Shown: positions 42,704-61,685 of the stretch, piece by piece | Layout of the letters: each line of letters begins with the position of its first letter | Position numbering within the stretch: the first letter of the stretch is position 1 | Origin: the human T2T-CHM13v2.0 reference genome, Homo sapiens | DNA length: 64,000 nt | NCBI RefSeq assembly: GCF_009914755.1 | Contig: NC_060926.1 | Reading direction: 5' to 3' (one strand) | The notes under the pieces: generated by a model | The model's database searches: none | What the model saw: only the letters and a program-made list of their open reading frames with translations | What the model was told of the DNA's origin: nothing | Position numbers and translations under genes: made by a program

Positions 42704-43364
42704 TTTTTCAAAGGATCTGCTACAGTTGCTGGAAAAGTTTTTGGAAATCTTTGGAACTGCCTTTTAAACTTGTGGCACATTTCAAGTCATTTCCCCATTA
42801 CCCTACAGAGACAATTTAGACATAGTTCTTACTCTCAGGTTGCTAATAGTTTCATTAATGCAAAGAAGTCCGATATACTACTATGTGATAATTGCTATAA
42901 TAGGCCTTTTAAAATATCTTCAGTAATGGCAAATGTTTGTTTTTTGAAAGTGAAGCAGCAGCTATTTGTAGCCAGTTCTTTTGAATAAGCAGCTTAATCG
43001 GGTAGAGTAATAAAATTTTGATCAAAATGGAGTAACAAGATAGAAACTTTAAAAATAAATTAAATAAGAGACAGGGTCCCATTGTGGTGCTCAGGCTGGC
43101 GTTGAACTCCTGGGCTCATGTGATCCTCCTGCCTCAGCCTGCCGAGTAGCTGGGACTGTGGGTGAGCACTACCACACCTGGCAGATAGAAATGTTTTGAA
43201 TAATGTCAACTGGATTGGAATTAATGTGTAGTTCTCCGGTGTAAATATTATGGGAGAACAGTATTCAAATGCATAAGTTCTAGCATTTCAAAATTTGCTT
43301 ATTGCTTTATAGTCATCCCATAAGTATATATGATTATAAATATAGGCATTGCCCTTTCTGATAG

Positions 43365-43625
<261 letters not shown>

Positions 43626-44155
43626 TGATGTTATTTTAGAAATTATTGTTGATAGGGAATCAGCAAAGCAAGTTATTCAAACTGAAACTTTCATAGGCAG
43701 TGAAAAGAAAATCTAGTTTAGAAATAGCAGGTGATCTTTTGCCAAATATTTTATTTTCATATTTATGTATGAACCTTGGTTGTGTTTTGTGTTCATGAAA
43801 TATCTGCTTTTATCTTACCACATAATCCTTTGAAGTCTTGCATGGGGAAGTTGTATTAATTACTCTGCCCTTTTTAAGAAGACAATAAACTATATTTTAA
43901 TGCATTTATTAGGGTTAAAACTACTCAGCTAGATTCCTGGTTTGCGGTGTTTGCAATAATTAAGACAATTTAAGTCACCAACCGAAGTGGTCAGAAAGGT
44001 ACAAAGCTGAGTAAAATGGACATTGATCTGCAGGCTTACTTTGCCTCACCAGCTATTTCTTTCCATGAGCTAGCTCTCTGTACACTAGCCATTTTGGTAT
44101 CTTCTCATCTAGATGAACCCTGCCTCGTTCCCCCTTCCAAAAATATTTTTTACAT

Positions 44156-44642
<487 letters not shown>

Positions 44643-44972
44643 TGATAATTGTATTAGTAGATAGTTAATAGCTGTCTTTCCCACTAGATCATAAGCTATA
44701 TCGGGACAGGTATTTGTGCCTTTTTCACCACTGTATCCCCAAAACCTAACACAGTGTTTAGCGTCGATAATACGATTTGTTTAAATGAGTGAATGAATGA
44801 ATGGCCTAATGTGATATAATGGCCCTTGTTTCCCTCTCAATTTCATTTTTGTGCAGTTTTAGCCCATCCTTGTCTTCGTGTGTGTAAGATTACATTTTTG
44901 GCTTTCATTTATTCAACAAATATTTTTTCAGTGCTTACTGTTTGCCAGATACTGTTCTAGGCATTGGAGATG

Positions 44973-45573
44973 TGCATTGTCCCCATTCATCCATGGTTTT
45001 GCTCTCTGTGGTTTCAGTTACCTGCAGTCAACTACAGACTGAAAATATTAAATAGAAAATTCCGGAAATAAACAATTCATGTCTTAAATTGTGCACCATT
45101 CTGACTAGCACAACGAAATCTCTCACCATCTCTTTCCATCCCGCATGGGATGTGAATCATCCTAGTAGATCTATGCTGTGTACACTGCCTATTAGTCACT
45201 TTAGTGGCCACCTTGCTTATCAGATTGACTGTCGCAATATCACAGTGCTTGTGTTCAGATAACCCTTATTCTACTCAGTAATGGCCTCAAAGTACAAAAA
45301 TAGTGATGTTGGCAATTTAGATATGCTAAAGAGAAGCCTTAAACTGCTTCCTTTAATTGAAAAAGTGAAAATTCCCAACTTAATAAGGAAAGAAAAAAAA
45401 TTGTGCTGAGGCTGCGCTGAGATGTACATAAGAATGAATCTTCCATCCATAAAATTGTGAAGAAGAAAACAGAAATTTGTGCATAATTTATATAGAGTTT
45501 GGTACTGTTTGTGGTTTCAGGCATCTGCTGGGGGTGCTGGAACATAGTCCTCTCAGATAAAGGAGCACCTACT
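44973..45573 (+). mobile_element. MER44B/C (Tigger7 derivative) with transposase N-terminal remnant
   Basis: gtggtttcagttacctgcagtcaac terminus; from about 45323 MLKRSLKLLPLIEKVKIPNLIRKEKK resembles a pogo/Tigger HTH start. Confidence 0.7.
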
Positions 45574-46529
45574 ATAGTAGCAAACAAGACCAACAAAGTT
45601 CCTGCCCAAAGCAAACACTTCATTGGGGAATCTAGAAGGAGAACAAGCAGTCAAACAAATAAATATATAAAGTAAAAGAATGAAAAATGTTTTAAAAAAA
45701 AAAAAGCAGAGTAACAAATGCATCTTTCTTTGTATCCCAGTGCACATATACATATAGATGTAATTTAAGCTTTATGAAACTAATACCTACTCTTACTACT
45801 TGTGATATAACTCTGTTATTTTTAAATTGTATTTTTTATTTTTTTAATTTGCTAGTCACACTTCATTAAATTGATTTTATTACGCAGTGGAAAGTCACAA
45901 CTCACTTTTTGAGAAACACTCCTGTAGCTTTCAGTGTGCTAATTTATGTTGAAGGCCTTTTACAGGGTGAAGTCTCAAATATTGGGGATACTTTTGAGAA
46001 TCACCAAGTAAACACATAGAGCCTGGATCAAAGTTTTCTTGTAGGGAGAGCACCAGACAGATGTGGCAGTACTCAATGCTTGAGTCACTGAGAGCTGTGT
46101 TGTGTTTCCTGGCCAGCAAGTGAGTGTAGGCAGTAAGTCATGAGGGAGTCTAGTAGCAAGATAAGAAGCAGAAAGACTTCAGCAGACACATTTGGAAAAC
46201 ATAGCTACTTAGTGTATGGACAGTTGTATATCTTTTATAATAATTAACAGCATCACTTTATTATAGTATACTATGTTCATGTAATAGTGATTCTGAGTAC
46301 CACTAAATATTATTTTTAATCCATTTTTTATGATGATGTGGAAATATGTAATTCTTTTAAGATTTTCATCTAAAATGGTTTAAAATTCTTGAGTTTGTAT
46401 TGCTTAAGAGGTCTAAATAATTGGCTTCCTAGATTGGCTAAAGAAGCAAGATTAAAATAATTCAATTTCTAAATAAATATAATGCTGCAATAACCAGATA
46501 ACGTTATATCTTTAAACTATCTCTTTCAG

Positions 46530-46673
46530 AATGATGTCCCAGGAATGTTAGCTTATAGCCTTAAGCTCTGCATGTCTTTAATGCAGAATAAACAGTTTCG
46601 GAATAAAGTACTAAGAGTTCTAGTTAAAATCTACATGAACTTGGAGAAACCTGATTTCATCAATGTTTGTCAG
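46530..46673 (+). CDS. PSMD1: PSMD1 exon 6 ([10 protein letters not shown]...FINVCQ)
   Basis: ctctttcag| ... CAG|gtaatg; 144 nt. Confidence 0.95.
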
Positions 46674-48660
46674 GTAATGACATTAAATTATGTTTCATTA
46701 CATTGCTCCACGCTGTACTGTGCTATGCTATACCACTTCACATTTTATTACTTTATATTACTATAATGGCTTTATACATGTATCTCAGCTGATCTTCACA
46801 GCAGCCCTGTGAAAATAAGGTATGTGCTTTATATTCCTTTTTATTAATAAGAAACTAAATCTCACAACACTAAAAAGCTATTTTGTTGTAACACATTCTT
46901 TCTTTGTATTCTTTTTTCATTTTGAAAATCCAATAATTTAAGGAAATTTTTAGAAATAACGAAGGTTTTTTAAAAAGCTAGAAGATTAAAACAGTGCCTA
47001 TGCTATACTATATCATTCTAAAGAGAATTCAAAGTGTATAAATTATATATGGTTTCATTACCCATACACACCAAAACATTTGGGTATCTTTTCTTTATCT
47101 CTTTCTATATATAAATTTGCTTGCACATAAAAAAAAATTCAGATGGTACAGAAAATATATAAAATGAAAAGTAAGGCTTCTCTTTCCCATCATTTGGGCT
47201 TTTTCCCAAAGGTAAGACATAGATGTTTTTCCCTACTTATTCACACATGTGGATCTACTGCATTCTTTTAATGACTGTATTGTATTTTATTGACTGGAGG
47301 TGTGCATGGGTTTACTTTTTAACAATTGCTATGTTGTATACATTTTTTGTATTCTGCTCAGGGCATAGCATTTTATTGCACATTTTATTGTTTCTTCATT
47401 AAAATGTGCTCCTGTGTATTTTAATCCTCTAGACTTTGAAAATTTAGATTAAAACACTGTTTTTTACAATCCCTTTTAAAGCAAGTTTGAAACAAAATAC
47501 TAGAAGAAAAAATATCCATGTTTAAATCACCCAAAGTCAACTTACTATTCTAACTTGATTTTTTACATCACCCAAAGTCAATTTAGTATTTAATAGTGTA
47601 TTTCCTTTCAGTTTTCTCTACATAGGTTTTCGGAGTTTTGTTGTTTGTAAATATTTTTCATAGTTTTTTTTAAAACTGACATGAAAAATAGTAGTTCCCT
47701 GCCCTCTTCCTGTCTGTATTTCAGTTTTATTCCTTAGAGGCAATTTTATTTCTTTCAGCTGTTTTATTCCTTATCTTTTTATTATTTTTAAAAACTTTAT
47801 TGCTCATTTTTAAAATAATATATTTTTGAGCAGATAATATGTTCATGTGATTTAAAATTCAAAAAGAATGATGGGGTATACAATGAAGTCTTCCTATTAC
47901 TTGGCTCCAGCTACCAAGTTCTTTTCTCTGTGGATAAACAGTGTTAATTGTATACAGTCTTTAACATTTTTCCATGTTCTAATTCTTCATAGAGTCCTCT
48001 TACTTGATTGTTGTAATCATTCAGTGTATGTACTTTGCCCTACTTAATCATTCCCCTATTGTTGACCACTTATTTTGTTTGTGTTATTTCGTGTTCTTAA
48101 TTTATAATAACTTTGATTAATGTGTTTATTTTGAAGTTGAGTTACTTGCTGCCTAAGGGAACAAGAAAATTTAAATTGAGTTTTTAAAAGAAAAATTCTA
48201 ACTTTGTTGGATAATTTTGTTAAAACAATGGCAGATCATAAGAGTAGTAAGAGAAATGCTTCAAAATGGTAATTTTAATGTCTCTTGTCCTGGCCCAACA
48301 CAACACAATGTATGTTAAATGAATGAGTAACTTCCATAATATATGGTAAGGGAGAAAATAACAAATTAAGGAGCACTTAGGTATAACTTATGGATAAGAT
48401 TTAAAGAAGCCAAGATTCATTCAACAACCAATGTTGAATACTGCTGATTACCAGGCACAGCATTAAGAGTTATAAATATAATTTGTATGAATTTTTTTAT
48501 GGAAGACAGATGCCATGTTTAGAAAAATTTCATCTAGTGCTGGGTTTAGAAATAGAGTGCTAGACTGGATAGTCTGCCCTAGTTTGCCTGTGCTTATATT
48601 TTAAGGTTTTCTATAATGTTGATTTTGTCTCCTTAAGTACCTTGTAGATGAAGTTTTTAA

Positions 48661-48948
<288 letters not shown>

Positions 48949-49504
48949 TAATTGAATAATCTTTATTTCATTTTGGGGACAGGTAGAATATTTATAGGAA
49001 GCATATTCTAAGAATAAATTTTGCCACTAGCTTTCATAGATTGTAAAGTCTTATTAGGCTGTTGCTCTGTTTTGTACTGTGCTGGGTGTAGTAAGGAAAA
49101 CCGAAGAAATTGACCCTTCTGGAAAGAAATAGAAGTGATTATCTCGTAGGGAGGGCCTACCAGACAACATGTGTACTATTTAATCAAGTAAATTTAAAAA
49201 AACAGGTGGGGATAGGTTGGGGCTACCTTTTAGATATTTGGGTTAGATATATCTGGGTTAGATATTTAGAAAGTAAAGAACATTCTCAGCTTTTTATGCT
49301 TTTATTAGAACTAAATACACAAATTTCTATAGTATTAGAAATTTGCATTCTGTACAAATTGATATGGTATTAAAATTTTATTTTTCTGTATTTTACACGT
49401 TTAGATCACTTACTAAAAACATTTGTGTGTCTTAGTTGTGCCTGTATATGCCGGCAGCCCCCTAGCCCGCTCTTTCACTGGATATCTGTGTCTGAGAAAT
49501 GTGG

Positions 49505-49894
49505 GACTCTCTCTTTCACTTAAGCACTCAGAGGCCATTGTAGGGTTATTAATTGGCCTAATTTCAATATTGTTGTGTCTCAGGGAATAGGGAGTCCCAA
49601 GGAGAAGGAGAGAGATGGGGGAATGACCGGTGTGTGGAGCAGTCAGAACACACACATTTATTGATTGAGTTTGCTGTTTTATATGGGTGTGGTTCGTGGT
49701 GTCCCAAAACAACTACAATGGTAACATCAAAGATCACTGATGACAGATTACCATAACAGATATAACGATAATTAAAAAGTTTTAAATATTGCAAGGATAA
49801 CTAAAATGTAACACAAGGACAAAGTGATCACATACTATTGGAGAAGTGGCTCCAATAGACTTCCTTGAAGGGCAGTAAAACAAAGGTATGCCTA
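49505..49894. mobile_element. Tigger1 terminal fragment
   Basis: gaggccattgtagggttattaattggcctaatttcaatattg ... ends aaaacaaaggtatgcct (Tigger1 TIR). Confidence 0.7.
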
Positions 49895-49899
49895 TATTT

Positions 49900-51250
49900 T
49901 TCTTTATATCACTACCTCTTTCCTTATTACTAAAACTATGCTAAGTCTTGCAGTCAGGTATTGTAAGACCTACAATTTTGATTCTTTTTTCTTTTTCAAG
50001 ATTCTTTGGGCTATTGTAGATTTTTTGCATTATATAAGTCTGTGGGTGTTCTGATTGGGATTGTATTGAATATCTTCAATTTGGGGCACATTGAAATCCC
50101 GATAATATTGAATCTTGTAATCCAGGAATATGGTGATCTTTTTCATTTACTTAGGTTTTTTATTTTTTTCTCAGTAGTGTTTTGTAGATTCAGTGCAGAG
50201 GTTTTACACATCTTTTCTTAAATTAATGTTCTTATATCCCTAAGTATAATTTGTTTTTTGATGCTGTTGTGAAGTGGTATTTTTAAATTTCTATTTTTTT
50301 TGTTGGTAGTATATAGAAATATAATTGATTTTTATATACTAACATTGAATCCTATGACCTTGATAAAATCATTTATAGCTTTATAAATGATTTTTTTAAG
50401 TAAATTTTTTAAAGTAGATCCTTTTACAGAATTCTGTTTATTGGCATCTTGGTCATCTGCAGTTAGAGAGCATTTTACTCCTTCTTTTGTAATCTTTATA
50501 CCTTTTCCCTCTCTTTTTTTTCTATATTGGCTAGAATTCCCAATACTTACAGAAGTGATAAGAGGCAGTGAAAAAAATCTTTAATTTTTTTCAATCTTAG
50601 GGGGATAGAATTTTTTATTTATTTTCGAGACAGAGTCTCAGTCTTGTCACCTAGTCTGTAGTACAGTGGCACGATCTCAGCTCACTGCATCCTCCACCTT
50701 CCTGGGTTCAAGCAATTCTCCTGCCTCAGCCTCCTGAGTAGCTGGGGCTACAGGCGCAGGCTATCATGCCCGGCTAATTTTTATATTGTTAGTAGAGACG
50801 GAGTTTCACCATATTGGCCAGGCTGGTCTCGAACTCCTGACCTCAGGTGATCCGCTTGCCTCAGCCTCCCAAACTTCTGGGATTACGGGTGTGAGCCACC
50901 ATACCCGGCCTATTTATTTATTTTTGATTTAACAAGTTTTCTTTCTTCTTGCCTTCTCCTTTTCTTAAGGCTTATGTGTGGTGGTTACAAGTTCCTTCTG
51001 AGTTAATCTTCATTTCTGAAATTATTATTTTTTCTCTTTTATTTCTGATTTTCTCTAGTTCTATCATGTTAATTTCTGAGTTTTTGTACTTCTAATATGT
51101 AATAGTCTTGTATATTTTATGTAATTTTCCTAATTTCTCTTGTTTTGAAATAACTTTTTTCTAATATTTTATGAGATTTTACTTTGATGCTTTTCTGTAG
51201 CTTATTTTTACTGAAATTAGTTTTTCTAAACTTTTCCAAAGGAGGCTTGT
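49900..51250 (-). mobile_element. Old L1 (L1M-type) fragments interrupted by an Alu
   Basis: T-rich antisense L1 motifs (gattgggattgtattgaat, tagaaatataattgatttttatatac). Confidence 0.6.
50610..50910 (-). mobile_element. AluS
   Basis: Antisense dimeric Alu. Confidence 0.9.
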
Positions 51251-51327
51251 TTAGGATAGTTTTTCCAATTTTACTGCCCTCCAGTATTTCCTCTTCTGTT
51301 GCATTTATGTAGTACTATACAAAATAA

Positions 51328-51585
<258 letters not shown>

Positions 51586-52015
51586 TAATTTGGATTCTCT
51601 GCCCAGCACTTTTTCCTCAATATGGTGCTTTGACCTACAAGGGACTGTTGGCTGATTAGATTTAAGAGTAGTTGGGGTCCCAGCCCCTTCTTTTCAAGCC
51701 CATTTTGTAGCTGGTGGTGATTTTGCTTTACCTGACTGTGTTTTGTGAATGAAGGAGATATTTTGTCGCCTGTTCTTGTTGTATTTGTTGTCCATGGTTT
51801 TGCTAACCTAGTTGCTTTGTTTTTATTATTTGGAGGAAATTTAATAACTGGATTGCCTCCATCTTAGAGATGTGTAGAATTTTTTATTTCTTAATGGTAA
51901 TACTTTAGTAAACATTATTTTCTTGCAAAATATTCAATTTGGACATGGTTCAGATCTGTGGTATAAACAAATTGTACTTCTCTTCAGAAAAAATTATTGG
52001 TTCTTTTCATTTCAG

Positions 52016-52076
52016 TGACTCGATGGAAACAGAAGAAAAGACAAGCAGTGCATTTGTAGGAAAGACACCAGAAGCC
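52016..52076 (+). CDS. PSMD1: PSMD1 exon 8 (DSMETEEKTSSAFVGKTPEA)
   Basis: catttcag| ... GCC|gtgagt; 61 nt. Confidence 0.93.
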
Positions 52077-52087
52077 GTGAGTGTGCT

Positions 52088-52399
52088 TTTTTTTTTTCCT
52101 TTGAGACAGGGTCCTGATCTGTCACCCAGGCTAGAACGCAGTGGCGCGGTCTCGGCTCACTACAACCTCTGCCTCCCAGGCTCAAGCTTTCCTCCCACCT
52201 TAGCCTCCCAAGTAAATGGCTGGGATTGCAGGCATGTACCACCACGCCTGGCTAAGTTTTGTATTTTTTGTAGAGACAGGGTTCGCTGTGTTGCCCAGGC
52301 TGGTCATGAACTCCTGAGCTCAAGCAATCCGTTTGCCTTGGCCTCCCAGAGTGCTGGGATTACAGGCATGAGCCACCGAGCCAAGCCACCATGCCCAGC
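52088..52399 (-). mobile_element. AluJ-like immediately after PSMD1 exon 8
   Basis: Antisense Alu; TSD gagtgtgcttttt at 52079-52091 and 52400-52412. Confidence 0.88.
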
Positions 52400-52889
52400 G
52401 AGTGTGCTTTTTGAAGTTGAGATTGTTACTTAATAAATATTTCCACAGGATATTGTAAATTCTTTCAAGTATATATTCTATACATGCTTTTATTAAAGTT
52501 TACTGTTAAGTTTGATACCAAAGTCATTTTATAAAAATGAATTTTCTGTAAAGATTAAAGTTTTAAAAATTGATCCGAAGAAAACATTTAGAAGAAATCA
52601 AATCCTTAGATCCTTACTTCAGGCAGAAGTTATTTCTGTCTGAAATAACTTCAAATTACCTATCACAGGGTGAAAAAAAGGTATGGTCTCTAGCAAATGG
52701 CAACATATATGGGAGGGAGGCTAATTGTTTTTGTTGTTTTTAATGTTTGCAGCGTATTGGAAGGGTAGGGTAAATATTACAACAGTGGTCTGTTGGACTT
52801 TTGGTTCCTGATGCTCAGGTGTGTAAACTTCAGCTGTTCTTCACCTGGTTGGAAAGTTGTGTTGGTGGCATGGTAGTTTATAAGATCAA

Positions 52890-53170
52890 GGCTGGGCACT
52901 GTGGTTCATGCATGTAATCCCAGCACTTTGGGAGGCCAAGGTGGGTGGATCACCTGAGGTCAGGAGTTCGAAACTAGCCTGGCCAACATGGCAAAACCCC
53001 GTCTCTACTAAAAATACAAAAATTAGCTGAGCGTGGTGGCACACGCCTTTAATCCCAGGTACTCGGGAGAATTGCTTGAGCTTGGGAAGTGGAGGTTGCA
53101 GTGAGCCAAGATTGCACCACTGCACCCCAGCTGGGGCAACAGAGAGAAACTCTGCCTCAAAAAAAAAAAA
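52890..53170 (+). mobile_element. AluS with a small internal deletion
   Basis: tactcggga|gaattgc lacks ggctgaggcagga. Confidence 0.88.
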
Positions 53171-53466
53171 TCATATATATATGTTGATTAAAGGTATTTT
53201 CAGTTTTCTCAGTTTCAAGTAGGAAGTTTCTCAATTAAAATATAAATTGACTCATTTAATAAAAAGTAATTTTCCTGCGTGTTATCAGTAATTATTCTTT
53301 CCCAGTTTTTAAAAAATATTTAAATATTTTACATCGAAAGCTAGCTGGGGATGAATTGTATTCTTCCATCAAGCTAGTATCATATCTCAGTAGCATCTAA
53401 TAAAGAAAGAAATAAATTATCCTTTCTCTTAAAATGGACTGAATTTCACTGGTTTAGGACTGATGA

Positions 53467-53724
<258 letters not shown>

Positions 53725-54474
53725 TAAGTAATTATATTTATTTCTTGTTGGATACTTTCTTTATTTTATTTCCAATTAAGGAAAAAGTATTTAAGTTTTG
53801 AAAAAATAGCAATCAATTATCCTCTTGGAGTTGTTGGAAAGGAAGAAAATGAGCAATGATTGAGCTCTTGTTTTTATGCTTATCTCTTATTGGGGAGCTT
53901 AGTTAACTCATTTTTCATTTTTAATGTATACATGGAGCAGTTAGACAAATAGCACAATCAGAATATTAAGATAGGCTCTTGAGCCGCTTGCTTCAGCCTG
54001 CTCCAAACTCTGTGGAGTGTACTTTCATTTCAATAAATCTGTGTTTTTCTTTTATTACAAAAAAAAAAGAATATAGGTTTTGTGTCTGTATTTCCCATTG
54101 AACTATGATCTCCTTGAGAGCAGCGATTCTTACCTTGTTGCAGTGTTTGTTGAGATATTGCTCTTAACAGTTATTAATACTGATTTTAATTTTTTAGCAA
54201 GTAATATATTTGATTCAAAATATTTTAATATAAAAAGATATATAACATGAAAAATCTTCCTTCTCGCTCTCTTATTTATCCAGTACCCCTTCGCAAAGTC
54301 ATTTTTTTATAGCCATATATTATTGAATGATTAAACAGTTGTTTGATTAAAGCATGTGTAATAATGCTCTTTGAAACTTTTAATACAATTTTTGCAAATG
54401 GCAAAAAATATGGAGAATCATATAGTCTCCATTCATGACAATTTAAAGCTAGTCTTTGTAATATAGTCTCATTA

Positions 54475-54807
<333 letters not shown>

Positions 54808-54995
54808 TCAGAGGTGCAGCACTGCTCCTCAGGTTATCTCAACACCTTGGAGACCTTGGGCAAGATGGAGAAGAGAAAAAGCAAGTTTAATTAAACCAAA
54901 GAATAGAAAATCTGCTGTCCAAATTCCCCACTTAAAATCTGTTGTTGAGCTCTGTTAAAACTGCAAATAAAACTTTGACTTGCTTGTTTGTATAA

Positions 54996-55738
<743 letters not shown>

Positions 55739-56014
55739 TAAAATTAATTCCTTTTATTACTTGGCTTGATTATAGGCTCTTGAAGGAAATATATTAAGCT
55801 CTAAAATTTTATATAATTTTGTTTTTATTTATAGTAGAATTACGTATCGTGCATTTTAAAAATCCTTAAAATACTAAGAACAACTTAAGAGTTAAAATAG
55901 AATCAGTAGTAACTTGAGATCCACAAAGTAATTTGGAAGGGTTCAAGGTAAAATTTTAATGCTTTTAACCTTAGAGTTAAAAAGCTTTAAGGAATTCATT
56001 TGTTTTAACACTAA

Positions 56015-56161
<147 letters not shown>

Positions 56162-56618
56162 TAATTTTTCTGGGGTTAAGAAAAAATAACAGTTTATTAT
56201 AATTCATTAACAAGTACACTTTGTTAAGTCAGATAAGTCATTTTGTGGAGAAGGCTAAAGTAAATAAGATACTGAAGTATTTATATGTGTGTTTGTTTTT
56301 AATAAAAAGTGGAAATTTGTTTCTATAAAGACTGTGTAAGCCATTGAAAGGATAAATTGAAATGTTATTTGCATAGTCTGAGATGGATTTGGGCAAATGT
56401 TATAAAACAAAGGGAAAAAATTGAAGCATTTGTGATTTTTTTTTTTTCTAACCAGAGTGTAACTGGGTCTCTTTAAAGGCTTGTCCTCTTGTTTGAGTTA
56501 TACAATTATATGAGAGAGAGCCCCACTACCTCCTTCTCTCTTAGCAAGTGAACATTCTGGGGAAAAGGCAGTAATCATAGAAAACATTGTCTTTTTTCTT
56601 CTTACTTTCTCTTTTTGA

Positions 56619-56840
<222 letters not shown>

Positions 56841-57247
56841 TAAATTTCCAAAACTCAAGAATCCAGGATAACATATTTGCCACATTATTTTAGTGACTGG
56901 AGATTTTGTAGAATTTGCGAATACCCAAAACAACTGTCATCTTGGATTTTTTTTTTTTAGGTAATTTCATTTCCTTCTTGATAAGCTAAAATTGTGTTTC
57001 TCACTCCTTTAAACCCTGCGTGTATTTGTAAAACATGTTGTTTTCCCACACTTTCATCTTAAAATGTTACAACTACAAGTGACCTTAGTTATCATCTAGT
57101 CTAGGCCCTAACATTTTACTGGAAATTAAGGCCTAAAGAAGTTGCAGTCTCTCAGAAGTTAGAATCCTTGCTTGTTTTGATCTTTGATAATTGTTTAAAA
57201 TGTAAATCTTTTGGAAAAGCTTACTAAGTAGCCCTGTTCTTATTTTA

Positions 57248-57671
<424 letters not shown>

Positions 57672-58261
57672 GATTGAAGCCAATAGGATGATGTCTCAAT
57701 TAATAAGCCCCTTAGCCACAAATCGTGTGTGCAGGTACACACATTTTTACCTTATTTCCCCTGGTCTCAGGTAAAAACTTTCTTATCAGATAGGGTTTAT
57801 GGTTACAAAAAAACAAAACAAAACAAAACAAAAACAGCAATAGACAGCATTAAAAACCATTTCTAACTAACTTGAATAAGAAGTTTATTGGAAATAGCTT
57901 ATATAATTAATAGAAAGGCTGATGAACTAGTTCTCACAAAGGTTAAAGAGCCAGAGCAACACCACAGATGCTAGATAACAGGAACTAATGAAATAGCCTT
58001 TTCAGGACCCTACCTTCAGGATGAATGAACTTGAAACATTTTTGGCCATTGGGTTATTCCACTTAAAGATGAAAATCGCAAAGAAGGAGCATTGTATTGC
58101 TCTGGCTTGGGTCACACTTTGGCTAGGGGAAGGTGGGAGATTCTTAAATGACAGTCCCACCAGGACTCTAACCAGTGGGGAGGAGTATTACCAAAGGAAT
58201 GTTGGGATGCTGTCACTAATAGAAGCATGCTGTGCATTCAGAAATGACAGATGACCACTAA

Positions 58262-58868
<607 letters not shown>

Positions 58869-58926
58869 CTCAGCTCACTATTTTTTGGCATCAGCAAATA
58901 TCATTCTATTAAAAATGAAATTGCTG

Positions 58927-59268
<342 letters not shown>

Positions 59269-59387
59269 TCATTCTTACTGAGCCAACCTCTGCATATTTA
59301 ATGTGAAACTGTATTTTGAAATTAGAATAAAAACTTGTATGTTAAGTACAGTGTACCAAATCAATGGAATCTATGTTTTTTCCTTAG

Positions 59388-59540
<153 letters not shown>

Positions 59541-60049
59541 TAATGTAAATGTAATTACATTAGTTTCTACCTATATTTTGTAGCCTCTTAAAATTCCGAT
59601 GGATTTCTCTAGTTGAAGAGGAAGTGAATTTTGCTCCATTTGTCAAAGTTATCTTTTAAAACAAGTTTTGTGATATATAGGCTTTCTAAAATGGTATATC
59701 CTGTGTGTCCACTTTCATAACTGACTTTTGCAAACAGGAATTTATTAGGGTGATCTGCTTACTCCATACTGCTTGGCGATAATATAGAAAAAATGTTATC
59801 TAAATGTCTCCTTTGAAATCACTGTAGGATTTGATGGTACATTCTGTCAAAGTTTAAAAGGAAAACAACCCTAAATATGAATGTGCGAACCCTAAATGTA
59901 TGAATGTGCTTCCACATAAAGTATCCTTTTTACCAGGTGGTTTAAAAAAATGCTATCAGAAGCTAATGATTTTTTTGATAGTTTATGCAAAAAGAGTGCT
60001 ACTTTCAGTTGGATGTTTTACTGACTTTAAAAACATAACTCTCTGTTAA

Positions 60050-60379
<330 letters not shown>

Positions 60380-60555
60380 TAAAACTTCTGGCAATGTATA
60401 TGAAGCCTAATAGAATTTAAGAAATAAAAGCACTGATTAGAAAAGGTACATGGGAGTAATTTGAGGATTTTAAATTTTGCTATAGCTTCAGATCGGTGAT
60501 ACTCATAAGCAGATTCAGCATAGTTCTTTAGGAATTCACGAGTTGATTTCTTTTA

Positions 60556-60921
<366 letters not shown>

Positions 60922-61523
60922 TCATTATTCTTTTATCAGAAAACAGTACCAATCTCTATACTTGTTTATTTGGGTGAGGTTTTTTTTCCATTGCCTTTTG
61001 TTTAGTTTTTATAATGGTGTTGTATATGGTGGGTAGTTAGTGGCAGGTAATACTGTCCTCTATAATCAATAAGAACCACTGCTATAGTTTATTGATAAAA
61101 TTATTAATTAATTTGTTCAGTTACCAGGCTCCATCTTTCTTCCACTCAGCACTCAGTACCCAGGAATTTAAATAAGGTAAAAATGTAGAATTAGAAGCCA
61201 ACTTCCTTGCTTGATTGTTAAAAGGAAGTGGACTGCCATAGGAGTGGCTGTTGCTGTTGACTTGACTTTATACTTCCTAAAAAGTATGAAGCAGGGCAGG
61301 CATATTGCATAGCGTATTGGGAATTAAGAGCAGCTACCTCCTTCTGTATTTATGTGTTTTATTGCCCCATTTATTTCAAAAACTACCAACCACAAAAGAG
61401 TTATTGAGCTCATCATTTCCTATCTGAGACCAGCTTACTTGGTGGATGCCACTATGCCTATTAGACTGTAGAAGTTAACTGTTTGAAATAAGTTGATGAT
61501 TAATGTTAAATTATTTTTCTTAG

Positions 61524-61685
<162 letters not shown>

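Noticed and set aside
52626-52652. 11-bp perfect inverted repeat (gaagttatttc-tgtct-gaaataacttc) as a miRNA or snoRNA
   Set aside because: Too short for a pre-miRNA, no snoRNA boxes, plausible by chance in AT-rich DNA.
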